DNA from: Bulleidia sp.
Lineage (GTDB): Bacteria > Bacillota_I > Bacilli_A > Erysipelotrichales > Erysipelotrichaceae
Length of the DNA: 64,000 nt
Direction: 5' to 3'
Assembly: GCA_034088345.1 (NCBI GenBank)
Contig: JAXDWO010000004.1
Coordinates: 5,794-69,793 of the forward strand
The notes under the pieces were generated by a model that saw only the letters and a program-made list of their open reading frames with translations, did not search any database and was not told where the DNA came from. Of the stretch, positions 48,419 through 57,037 are shown piece after piece. The position numbers and the translations under genes were made by a program. How positions within the stretch are numbered: the first letter of the stretch is position 1; the number at the start of each line of letters is the position of its first letter.

Positions 48419-49123
48419 ATGTCTACATATGTAATGAGCGATATCCATGGCTGTAAAGCTGAATTTGATGAAATGCTGAATAAAATTAGTTTTACTGACT
48501 ACGATGAGTTATACATCATTGGTGATGTTTGTGACCGCGGTCCTGATCCTATTGGTATTTATCAAACAATAATGAATTATGAAAATATACATTTAATATT
48601 TGGCAATCACGATGAATGGTTTGCAAAGTATATTGATGCTTTAATTATGGAAAAATTAAATCCTGGTACATTAAGAATAAATATGGATTTAACAAGATGG
48701 TTGCATATGAATGGTGGCATTAAAACGATGGATCAATTCTTATCTTCAAGTTTTCCTGATTGTTATAATTTGGAAGCTTTCTTTGAGCATCGTGAATACT
48801 ATAAAGAAATAACAATCAGAGACAAAAAATATCTCTTGGTTCATGCTGGCCTGAAAGAGCATAATTATAGAGGTATCAATATTGCTGAAGTACCAAAAGA
48901 AGAATTACTATGGTCACATATTGGCTTAGATGATAACCCTTTTCAAGATAAAATTATGATAGTAGGTCATATGCCAACACTATTTTATGGTGATGAATAT
49001 AAAGGAAAAATGATACTACGTGATCATATCTACCATATTGACTGTGGTTTAGTATATGGATTTAGTCTAGGATGTTTATGTCTAGATACAATGCAAGAAT
49101 TTTATATACAAAAAAAGGATTAA
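48419..49123 (+). CDS. Metallophosphoesterase (Ser/Thr phosphatase 1 / ApaH-like)
   Basis: 234 aa with motifs SDIHG, GDVCDRG and GNHD. Confidence 0.8.
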   Translation: MSTYVMSDIHGCKAEFDEMLNKISFTDYDELYIIGDVCDRGPDPIGIYQTIMNYENIHLIFGNHDEWFAKYIDALIMEKLNPGTLRINMDLTRWLHMNGGIKTMDQFLSSSFPDCYNLEAFFEHREYYKEITIRDKKYLLVHAGLKEHNYRGINIAEVPKEELLWSHIGLDDNPFQDKIMIVGHMPTLFYGDEYKGKMILRDHIYHIDCGLVYGFSLGCLCLDTMQEFYIQKKD

Positions 49124-49599
49124 TGTGAATCAATCCAATTTTTAATTTCATTTACAAAATATTCCTGATTGCTTTGATACATTTTCGGTTCAAAGCTTTT
49201 TACTTTTTCCAAATATGGTTTTATATCGCTTAAATCATGCATATAGATTAAATAACCTTCTTTTTCAAAAGAAGTTAATAACTGTATCTGATGATCATTT
49301 ACATGCTCATGATATTCAGAAAGTCTAGCAGCAGCTAATATCTTTTTTCTTTCTTTTAGAGCAGTCATAATCGTTCCTACGCCACCATGAGTAATAACTA
49401 AATCAGCATTGTTCATAAAAGTAGAAAACTGATCACGGTCCATGTAATCAAAAATCTCCATATTTTTACTTTCATATTTTGTAAAACCAGCTTGAACAAC
49501 TACTCTGTCTGTTATCACTTTCTCTTCTATTGCTTTTTCGCAAGCATCAAGAAGCCTGGTAAACTGTTTATCATTCGTTCCTAAAGTTACAAATATCAT
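49120..49599 (-). CDS. Alg13-like glycosyltransferase subunit (Glyco_tran_28_C; Cps14G/PssE type)
   Basis: MIFVTLGT...ITHGGVGTIM. The start overlaps the upstream stop in TAATG. Confidence 0.7.
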   Translation of the reverse strand: MIFVTLGTNDKQFTRLLDACEKAIEEKVITDRVVVQAGFTKYESKNMEIFDYMDRDQFSTFMNNADLVITHGGVGTIMTALKERKKILAAARLSEYHEHVNDHQIQLLTSFEKEGYLIYMHDLSDIKPYLEKVKSFEPKMYQSNQEYFVNEIKNWIDSH

Positions 49600-50072
49600 T
49601 AGAAAATCCATCCTTTATATACAGCATTTGGATATACTTTAAGCATACTTTCCCATTGTACAATAAATAAATCAGCAATCGGATAAATCATTTCTCCGGC
49701 TTTAGTTGGGGTAGTAGAATTAGCAAAAGTTTCAATCCAGATAACTTTTTTTCCATGTTTATGTGCTATTTTACACATTGGAACAGCAGTATGAGTACCC
49801 GTTGTAATCACAATATCCGGGTTTATTTTTTTAAATAAAACATAAGACTTTATACAGTTATAAGTAAACTTGAAAAGATATGGAATGAGGTGAGACTTAG
49901 TGCCATAAACAAGCATATCAACATGATCCTTTCCATATTTATTGTATAAATTCATATTTGATTTTGTCTTTTCTGTAATAATGTGATAATCATATTCAGA
50001 AAATAAAGGTGATAACTGCAACAGTTCTGTCAAATGACCACCTGTACTAGAAATAAATAATATCTTTTTCAT
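49599..50072 (-). CDS. Alg14-like glycosyltransferase membrane/anchor subunit (Cps14F/PssD type)
   Basis: MKKILFISSTGGHLTEL. Size and pairing with the Alg13-like gene fit this type. Confidence 0.65.
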   Translation of the reverse strand: MKKILFISSTGGHLTELLQLSPLFSEYDYHIITEKTKSNMNLYNKYGKDHVDMLVYGTKSHLIPYLFKFTYNCIKSYVLFKKINPDIVITTGTHTAVPMCKIAHKHGKKVIWIETFANSTTPTKAGEMIYPIADLFIVQWESMLKVYPNAVYKGWIF

Positions 50073-50082
50073 ATTCAACCAT

Positions 50083-50110
50083 TAAAAAAATGAGGTGTGT
50101 TTCCACACCC
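50083..50110 (-). terminator. ptsI terminator
   Basis: GGTGTG-TTTC-CACACC hairpin followed on the minus strand by TTTTTTT. Confidence 0.6.
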
Positions 50111-50124
50111 CAAATTATACATCA

Positions 50125-51831
50125 TTATTTAATATTCTTTTCGATAAGTTCTACAACTTCATCCATTGTATCTAAATCAACAGCTTCAAGAGCTAGTTTA
50201 CGCATTTTTTCATAAGATAAGTTGTTAATCATCTTACGAGCACGCAGGATTGATGTAGCACTCATTGAGAATTCATCTAGACCTAGACCTAATAGTACAG
50301 GAGCAGCTAATTCATCACCAGCCATTTCTCCACACATTCCACACCATTTACCTTCTTTATGAGCTCCGTCAATAGCCATCTTAACAAGACGTAAAATAGA
50401 TGGGTTTAGAGGTTGATATAAGTATGAAACGTTTTGGCTCATACGGTCAGCAGCCATTGAGTATTGGATTAAGTCATTTGTACCAATTGAGAAGAAGTCA
50501 ACTTCTTTAGCTAGTCTATCTGCTAATACAGCAGCAGCTGGAATTTCAATCATAATACCAACTTCAACTTTTTCTCCAACTGGAATGCCTTCAGCAATTA
50601 ATTTAGCTCTTTCTTCATCATATAGAGCTTTTGCTTCACAGAATTCTTTAACAGTAGCAATCATTGGGAACATGATAGCTAATTGACCATAAGCACTGGC
50701 ACGTAGTAATGCTCTTAATTGAACACGGAAAATATCTTTACGCATTAAGCAGAAACGAACAGCTCTTACGCCTAAGAATGGGTTCATTTCTTCTTCAAAT
50801 GTGTAGTAGTTTAATTTCTTATCGCCACCGATATCTAGAGTACGAATAACTACCTTCTTGCCATTCATTGCTTCTAGTACTGCTTTATATGCTTCAAATT
50901 GTGTTTCTTCATCTGGGAAGTCTTCTTGGCTTTGCATGTATAAGAATTCTGTTCTAAATAGTCCTACACCTTCACCACCGTTAGCAAGAACACCTTCAAC
51001 ATCTTGTACAGAACCGATATTACCAACTAATTCAACTTTGTGTCCATCTGTAGAAATACTTTCAGCATCTTTTAATGCTTTAAGAGCTTCTTTTTCTTCT
51101 AAGAATGCTTGTTGTCTTTCTGTAGCTTCTTTAACTTCTTCTTCACTAGGATTAATTACAACTTCACCCTTTAATGCATCAAGTAAAATAACATCGCCAC
51201 TCTTAGCTTCAGTTAAAATACCTTTACAACCAACAACTGCTGGAATTTCAAGAGATCTTGCCATAATAGCACTGTGACTTGTACGTCCACCCATTTCAGT
51301 AACAAATCCCTTAGCAAATTCTTTGTTTAGAGAACCTGTATCAGATGGTGTTAAGTCTTTAGCAGCAATAACAACTGGTTCGCTTAATGTTGCTAAGTTA
51401 GGAATTTCTACACCTGCTAAATTACAGTTTAAACGATATGTAACATCCTTAATATCTGCAGCTCTTTCACGGAAATAATCATCATCCATAGATTCAAACA
51501 TAGTAATCATGTTTTTAGAAACTACATCAGCTGCGTAGTCAGCATTTACTTTTTCATTTTTGATGATTTCTTCGATTTGACTACGGAATTCTGGGTCATT
51601 AGCCATCATTAAGTGAGCATCAAAAATAGCTAGTTCTTCTTCAGATAAGTTTTTAGAAGCAATTTCTTTAATTCTTTCAATATCAGCTACTGTTTTGCTA
51701 TAAGCAGCATCTAACTTGTTTAGTTCTTCTTCAACAACAGCTTCTTTTTTTGTGATAGATAGAACAGGTGGTTCAAGTTTGTATACTTTAGCAATAGCAA
51801 TACCTTGTGAAGCAGCAATACCTTTTAACAT
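50125..51831 (-). CDS. ptsI: Phosphoenolpyruvate--protein phosphotransferase (PTS Enzyme I)
   Basis: 568 aa with the phospho-His region GGRTSHSAIMAR and the PEP-utilising C-terminal domain. Confidence 0.95.
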   Translation of the reverse strand: MLKGIAASQGIAIAKVYKLEPPVLSITKKEAVVEEELNKLDAAYSKTVADIERIKEIASKNLSEEELAIFDAHLMMANDPEFRSQIEEIIKNEKVNADYAADVVSKNMITMFESMDDDYFRERAADIKDVTYRLNCNLAGVEIPNLATLSEPVVIAAKDLTPSDTGSLNKEFAKGFVTEMGGRTSHSAIMARSLEIPAVVGCKGILTEAKSGDVILLDALKGEVVINPSEEEVKEATERQQAFLEEKEALKALKDAESISTDGHKVELVGNIGSVQDVEGVLANGGEGVGLFRTEFLYMQSQEDFPDEETQFEAYKAVLEAMNGKKVVIRTLDIGGDKKLNYYTFEEEMNPFLGVRAVRFCLMRKDIFRVQLRALLRASAYGQLAIMFPMIATVKEFCEAKALYDEERAKLIAEGIPVGEKVEVGIMIEIPAAAVLADRLAKEVDFFSIGTNDLIQYSMAADRMSQNVSYLYQPLNPSILRLVKMAIDGAHKEGKWCGMCGEMAGDELAAPVLLGLGLDEFSMSATSILRARKMINNLSYEKMRKLALEAVDLDTMDEVVELIEKNIK

Positions 51832-51993
51832 CTTATATCCTCCTTGATGTTATCTTTTTATGTGTGTCATTTGTTTCATAATAAAAGCCACAACTGTCTT
51901 ATCGAAATAAAAATTCAATCAAATGTTGTGGAACAAAAAGTATCATCATAACTTTTACCATAGAGACAATTCATTACGACACCTCTTTTATTT

Positions 51994-52022
51994 ATATTAT
52001 CATTTTTGTATGTTTGATTCAA
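51994..52022 (-). promoter_or_regulatory. Candidate sigma-A promoter of ptsI
   Basis: TTGAAT - 17 bp - TAATAT on the minus strand, about 160 nt upstream of the ptsI start. Confidence 0.45.
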
Positions 52023-52087
52023 TCAGTGTTTAACTGTTTGCTCATCGTAAGTTTAATGAAAATATACAATTTTCAAATATTGAATAA

Positions 52088-52121
52088 AGAAAAAACACTC
52101 AAGTTTTTAGGCTTAAGTGTT
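52088..52121 (-). terminator. Terminator after the LCP gene / glycopolymer operon
   Basis: AACACTTAAG...CTTGAGTGTT hairpin followed on the minus strand by TTTTTTCTTT. Confidence 0.55.
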
Positions 52122-52129
52122 TCATTTTA

Positions 52130-54250
52130 TTAACCTTCAGATTCAGGTGTAGTCGCATCAGCTTCTTCTCCACCTGCTGATTCAGAACCAGGAGTTGGTG
52201 TAGAAGGTTGTGAGGTTGGTTCTGGAGTTTGCTCTGGAGTAGGTTCTGGCGTTGGGACCGGTGTAGGCACTGGTGTTGGTGCTACTGTTGGAGCAACTGT
52301 CGGTTGAGCAGTAGGTACTGCTGTAGCCGTTGGTGTTGGCGTAGCTGTAGCCTCTGGAGTAGCCGTTGGCGTAGCGCTTGGAGTTGGTGTTGGTGTTGGA
52401 TTTATTGCAACACATGCTCCATCTTCATTTAATGTTTCATTTTCACCACATTGTTTTTCTGGTGGTGTTTCTGGGGCAATAATCGTTTCAGCATATGCAT
52501 CTTGAGAAATACTTGGTTTTGTAAATTCCCAGTTAATAGACCACTTTATTTTGCTTGATTCCGCTGTAATTGGACTATCTAAATTAATATTTCTTTCAAT
52601 CGCATTACGTGTATCTGTAATAGATCCTTGCCATAAACGATAAATGTATAGTGCTAACTGTGAGCCCTCATCCCATTTACTTGATGAATAACCAGTAACT
52701 CTTGAACTTTGAATATCCAGTATCTTTTCAATATGACTTGAATCGTAGTAACGGTTTGCCTTTTGCATTGCATAACTTACAAAGTTAGTCATTTGATTTA
52801 AAGTAAAGTTAGTTTGGATATTGTCTCCTGCAGCCTGTAATACATTTAAGAATGTATTGATATCTCTTGTACGCATAATCTTTTGCACAATAGCCGCAAT
52901 AACTTGTTGCTGATGCTCTTGTCTAGCAAAGTCACCTGATGCAAATAGATGTCTTTCTCTAGCAAACGCTAATGCTTGTTCACCATCTAATGTTACTTGT
53001 TCTCCTGCAGGAACATATACTGTATAGTGTCCTCTTTCACTTGATGCATTTTGACCAACGAAAGCTAGTGGGCTGTCTACTACAATTCCACCTAATGCAT
53101 CTACAATATCTACGACACCCTGGAAGTTTGTATCAACATAATAGTCAATATCCACACCGATTAGACTTTCAATTGTATTGATTAAGCAATCTCTACTTAC
53201 AGCTCTAGCAGCGTTAATTTTAGATTGACCACCATTATAGCAAGTAATAGGTACATAAGAGTCTCTTGCAATAGAACTCATCGTCACTTTCATGCTGATT
53301 GGATTTACAGAGCATAAAATCATTGTGTCACTTAGTCCATCAGCTGTACCAATTAGTAATACAGTAAATGGTTCACTGGTAATATCCTTATCACTGCCCG
53401 CCTGATTTTGAATAGTTACTTTTTCTTCAAAATCCAAGATACTTGTAGTATTAGCAATCAAATCCTTTAAACTTGTTTCTGATTGGAAAATGGATTCGTA
53501 GTTTGTAGGTAAAATAGCACAATCAATTGATCCATCAAACAAGGCAAGAATTAAGCTTGAATAATCTTGATATTCAGAATAACTTACATTTAGATTACGT
53601 GAATCAATCTGATTTTTACCTAGTGTTGCTGTATTTGTACCTGTTGCAAAACCAACTGTCTTTCCTTCAAGTTGGGAAACATCTGTAATAGATTGTGTAC
53701 CACTTTCTGAATAAACAATTAAGCTTGTTGATACAGATTCTACTGTTGTAGAACCGGTGATTTTATGAATATTACCATTTACTCTGGAAAATGCATAAGT
53801 ACCATAACTGCCAATAGCCACAAATAAAGCAATAAACACCATACTTACTACATAAAATGGTTTTTTATGAGAACGAATAGCCATTAATAGTGAAATATTT
53901 AATACAAGGATAAATAGAAGGATTAAGACATTGATTAAAATGAATAAGCCTTTACTTACACTTGAAAATTGAGTTGTATTAAGCATTGTGATCACAATGC
54001 CAATTTCACCAATAAGAGCTAATACACAAAGAATAATATTTTGTGTTGTGTAGTCTTTTGTTTTCTTCTTTTTATGAGGTTGCGTATTTGGAGCTTTATG
54101 AGGCTCTTGCGTTTGTTTTTCTTGAATTTTTTCAGAATTATTCGTTAAATACTTTTCATACTGCTTCATTTCTTCACTTGATAATTCTCTTTTGCTTGAT
54201 TTTTTTCTTGGCATTTCCGGCATAGAATTTCCACTATTGATATCTTGCAT
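52130..54250 (-). CDS. LytR-CpsA-Psr (LCP) family glycopolymer ligase with extended N- and C-terminal regions
   Basis: 706 aa. A basic cytoplasmic N-terminus is followed by 3 TM segments, an extracellular domain of about 120 aa (GKTVGFATGTNTATLG), an LCP core (FTVLLIGTADGLSDTMILCSVNP...ALAFARER), and a 72-aa Pro/Thr-rich tail. Confidence 0.8.
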   Translation of the reverse strand: MQDINSGNSMPEMPRKKSSKRELSSEEMKQYEKYLTNNSEKIQEKQTQEPHKAPNTQPHKKKKTKDYTTQNIILCVLALIGEIGIVITMLNTTQFSSVSKGLFILINVLILLFILVLNISLLMAIRSHKKPFYVVSMVFIALFVAIGSYGTYAFSRVNGNIHKITGSTTVESVSTSLIVYSESGTQSITDVSQLEGKTVGFATGTNTATLGKNQIDSRNLNVSYSEYQDYSSLILALFDGSIDCAILPTNYESIFQSETSLKDLIANTTSILDFEEKVTIQNQAGSDKDITSEPFTVLLIGTADGLSDTMILCSVNPISMKVTMSSIARDSYVPITCYNGGQSKINAARAVSRDCLINTIESLIGVDIDYYVDTNFQGVVDIVDALGGIVVDSPLAFVGQNASSERGHYTVYVPAGEQVTLDGEQALAFARERHLFASGDFARQEHQQQVIAAIVQKIMRTRDINTFLNVLQAAGDNIQTNFTLNQMTNFVSYAMQKANRYYDSSHIEKILDIQSSRVTGYSSSKWDEGSQLALYIYRLWQGSITDTRNAIERNINLDSPITAESSKIKWSINWEFTKPSISQDAYAETIIAPETPPEKQCGENETLNEDGACVAINPTPTPTPSATPTATPEATATPTPTATAVPTAQPTVAPTVAPTPVPTPVPTPEPTPEQTPEPTSQPSTPTPGSESAGGEEADATTPESEG
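52185..52402. repeat. Low-complexity GC-enriched tract encoding the Pro/Thr/Ala/Val-rich tail of the LCP protein
   Basis: Imperfect short tandem units (GGTGTTGG / GTAGCC / ACTGTTGG) encode PTPTPTPSATPTATPEATATPTPTATAVPTAQPTVAPTVAPTPVPTPVPTPEPTP. The tract generates spurious ORFs in other frames. Confidence 0.8.
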
Positions 54251-54261
54251 AATGAACCTCC

Positions 54262-55053
54262 TTATCCGTTATTTGTTGTATCAGTGCTCGTATTTTGAGC
54301 TTCCCATTCTCTGATACTTTCATAGTCATAGAATTCTGCAATTTCCCATCTTCCGTTATTGTTAATGACAAAGAAACGGGCTCCTGTAGGGAAATTATCA
54401 ACATCTGCACCATTAGAAACATAAGTCCAGCTTACATTTACTTCGTAGCACTCAAAAGATAATTCTTTCTTTGTTTCTGAATCTTCCCAATAATATGTGG
54501 AGAAATCTGGTGCTTCTACAATATCTTTATCGGTAGTAATATTTTTTACTTCTATTAAATGAGAACGTCCCTTTTGTGAAATATAAAGATCTAAATCAGA
54601 ATAGAAGTTATAACGTGACCATTCTTCAAAAGAACCGATTGAACTGCTGTAAATATATTGAAGGCCACCAATTTCATAGTTACCATCTTTATTTGTCCAT
54701 GTAAAATAGTCAGCAACGAAGTTATATACAACTTCTTCAGCGATTTTTTTATTGTCAGAACTCTTCACTGCATCTGTTAATGCCTGGAAATATTCTTTTT
54801 GAATTGCTGTCGGGTTATTTCCGATTTCATATTGGTCATTTCGTAATGTTTTATTTGTCTCTGCAGATAGTGAATTATTTTTTCCACTGGCTTCTTTTTT
54901 CATTGCTACAGTAACAATATTAAATACAAAGAATACAATAATAAAAATTGATAATACGCATAGACTGATAACAAGACTATTATTAATCTTGCGATTTCTT
55001 CTTTTAACTGGATCTATTTTTTTATGTGTGTGTTTAACTGGTTTATTTGTCAT
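54262..55053 (-). CDS. Membrane-anchored extracytoplasmic protein of unknown function
   Basis: 263 aa with a basic N-terminus, a single TM, and a soluble aromatic-rich domain of about 200 aa. No family is recognised. Tightly packed between the GtrB-like and LCP genes. Confidence 0.6.
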   Translation of the reverse strand: MTNKPVKHTHKKIDPVKRRNRKINNSLVISLCVLSIFIIVFFVFNIVTVAMKKEASGKNNSLSAETNKTLRNDQYEIGNNPTAIQKEYFQALTDAVKSSDNKKIAEEVVYNFVADYFTWTNKDGNYEIGGLQYIYSSSIGSFEEWSRYNFYSDLDLYISQKGRSHLIEVKNITTDKDIVEAPDFSTYYWEDSETKKELSFECYEVNVSWTYVSNGADVDNFPTGARFFVINNNGRWEIAEFYDYESIREWEAQNTSTDTTNNG

Positions 55054-55069
55054 GAAGTACGTCTCCTAA

Positions 55070-55996
55070 TTAGTCGTAGAATTTTCTAACAATGTACTGC
55101 GGTCTTCCCTTCACTTCACTATATGTCTTTGCCATATATTCCCCAAGTATACCAATCGCTAATAAAATACATCCCCCGATAAATAATATTAACGATATTA
55201 AAATTGTCGCAGTGGTTATTACCTTACCACATAATGACGTGATTAGCAAAATAATTAATTCTATTGTTGTTACAAAAGTTAAAAAGCCACCAAAGACAAA
55301 AGAGATTTCTAGTGGAGCATTTGTATATTCAATAATGCCATCTAACGCATAACGGAATAATTTCCAGAAAGACCATTTTGTTTCTCCAGCCACGCGTTCG
55401 ATATTTTCATATTCAAGATATTCAATTTTATAGCCTACCCAAACAAATAATCCCTTTGAAAAACGGCTATATTCATTTAAAGATAAAATTGAATCGACTA
55501 CCTGTCTTTTCATTAAACGATAATCACGTGCACCATCCACGATTTCCACTTCGCAGAAATGATTGATTAACTTGTAAAATTGACGTGCAAAAAATGAACG
55601 AATAACTGGTTCGCCAACTCTCGTAACGCGTCTAGTCCCTACAACATCATCGTTATTTTTTTCCATTACCTCAAACATCTTTGGCAAGTATTCAGGTGGA
55701 TCTTGTAAATCTGCATCCATAACAGTAACATAATCACCTTTTGTATGTCTTAATCCTGCTAAAAGAGCTCCTTCTTTTCCAAAGTTACGGCTGAAGTCTA
55801 CTACCTTAACATTTTTTGGATATTTGTCATGCAGAGCTAATGTTTTTTCTAACGTTCTATCTCTAGAACCGTCATTAACGAATATAATTTCATATTCTAA
55901 ATCCATGGTATTTAATACTTTAGTTACTGCTTCATAATAAATATCTACAGTTTCTTCTTCATTAAAACATGGTACTACAATTGATAAGAGCGTCAT
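55070..55996 (-). CDS. Polyprenyl-phosphate glycosyltransferase (GT2; GtrB/CsbB/DPM1-like)
   Basis: 308 aa with an N-terminal GT-A domain (VVPCFNEE, DADLQDPP) and two C-terminal TM helices. Confidence 0.8.
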   Translation of the reverse strand: MTLLSIVVPCFNEEETVDIYYEAVTKVLNTMDLEYEIIFVNDGSRDRTLEKTLALHDKYPKNVKVVDFSRNFGKEGALLAGLRHTKGDYVTVMDADLQDPPEYLPKMFEVMEKNNDDVVGTRRVTRVGEPVIRSFFARQFYKLINHFCEVEIVDGARDYRLMKRQVVDSILSLNEYSRFSKGLFVWVGYKIEYLEYENIERVAGETKWSFWKLFRYALDGIIEYTNAPLEISFVFGGFLTFVTTIELIILLITSLCGKVITTATILISLILFIGGCILLAIGILGEYMAKTYSEVKGRPQYIVRKFYD

Positions 55997-56059
55997 TATT
56001 TTATTCCTCTTTTAATTTTCTACTTGTTTATTATAACCCACACATATCTATTCAACAAA

Positions 56060-57037
56060 CTAGACATTGTCTTTCTTAAAATTTCTAAACAACCAGGCAA
56101 AGAAATAAATATTCCATGAATATACCATTGAAAAGTATTTATTCTTCATTCCTTTCATTGTTTTTAAATAAGGATTTTTATGCCAGTCTGGAAATTCTTT
56201 ATTTAATAAATTCCAACCCAGTTCAATCGTATCATGTCTATCTTTCTTATCGGCAATGCGGGCACTTCTTAGAAAACTGTTTCCTAAGAAAAATTTAATA
56301 TGTATATATTCAAGAGCGTCATGATATTCTTCATACTTATTATGCTTTTTGTAATAATCAAGAATGATTTCAAAAACAGAAATCATATTTTTTACCTGGT
56401 GGTTGTTAGTATGCGTAATACTTGATTTTTGTTGAACATAATGTACATAAGGCTTATTTGTAAAACCAATACGATTAATATGCATGCACAAGCAATACAG
56501 GTAACAGGCATCTTCATAACGGTTACCATCAGGAAAACGTACATCTAGAGACTTAATCCAGTCTGTTTTATAAATTTTATTCCATAATACGGCAAACAAA
56601 TGAACCATCATATCTTGTTTACAGTTATATGGCCCTTCTTTTTCAAGCCTTTGTGAATCACCCATTTCCCACCAGAAATCAGATACTGCTACCTCAAGAT
56701 TATCTTTTTTAGCAAGCTGATATAAATCTTCAAACATTTCTTTTTCAGCATAGTCATCACTATCCAAGAAACCAAAATATTCACCATGCACTTTAGTCAA
56801 AGCATAGTTTCTTGCTGAAGCTATTCCTTCATTTTCTTTTGTATATAAACAAATATTTATTTCTTTGTGGTCAGTAATATAGTTTTCAATAATATCTTTT
56901 GTGTGATCTGTAGAACCATCATTGATAATGATAATTTCTAAATTAACAAGTGTTTGCTGTACTAGACTGTCTAATGTTCTAACAACTGTTTTTTCTGCGT
57001 TAAAACAAGGCACAATTACACTTACTGTCGGTCTCAT
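56060..57037 (-). CDS. Glycosyltransferase family 2
   Basis: 325 aa with VSVIVPCFN, NDGSTD and DSDDYAE motifs. Confidence 0.8.
   Translation of the reverse strand: MRPTVSVIVPCFNAEKTVVRTLDSLVQQTLVNLEIIIINDGSTDHTKDIIENYITDHKEINICLYTKENEGIASARNYALTKVHGEYFGFLDSDDYAEKEMFEDLYQLAKKDNLEVAVSDFWWEMGDSQRLEKEGPYNCKQDMMVHLFAVLWNKIYKTDWIKSLDVRFPDGNRYEDACYLYCLCMHINRIGFTNKPYVHYVQQKSSITHTNNHQVKNMISVFEIILDYYKKHNKYEEYHDALEYIHIKFFLGNSFLRSARIADKKDRHDTIELGWNLLNKEFPDWHKNPYLKTMKGMKNKYFSMVYSWNIYFFAWLFRNFKKDNV

Noticed and set aside
50858-51277. 139-aa antisense ORF within ptsI
   Set aside because: It is a Ser/Leu/Pro/Thr-rich shadow ORF opposite a highly conserved gene, with no RBS or start context.
52182-52432. 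Two ORFs (77 aa on minus, 67 aa on plus) over the 3' end of the LCP gene
   Set aside because: They are generated by the repetitive GC-enriched Pro/Thr-coding tract. Their translations are Cys/Trp/Arg/Ser low-complexity strings, so they are artefacts of the repeat.
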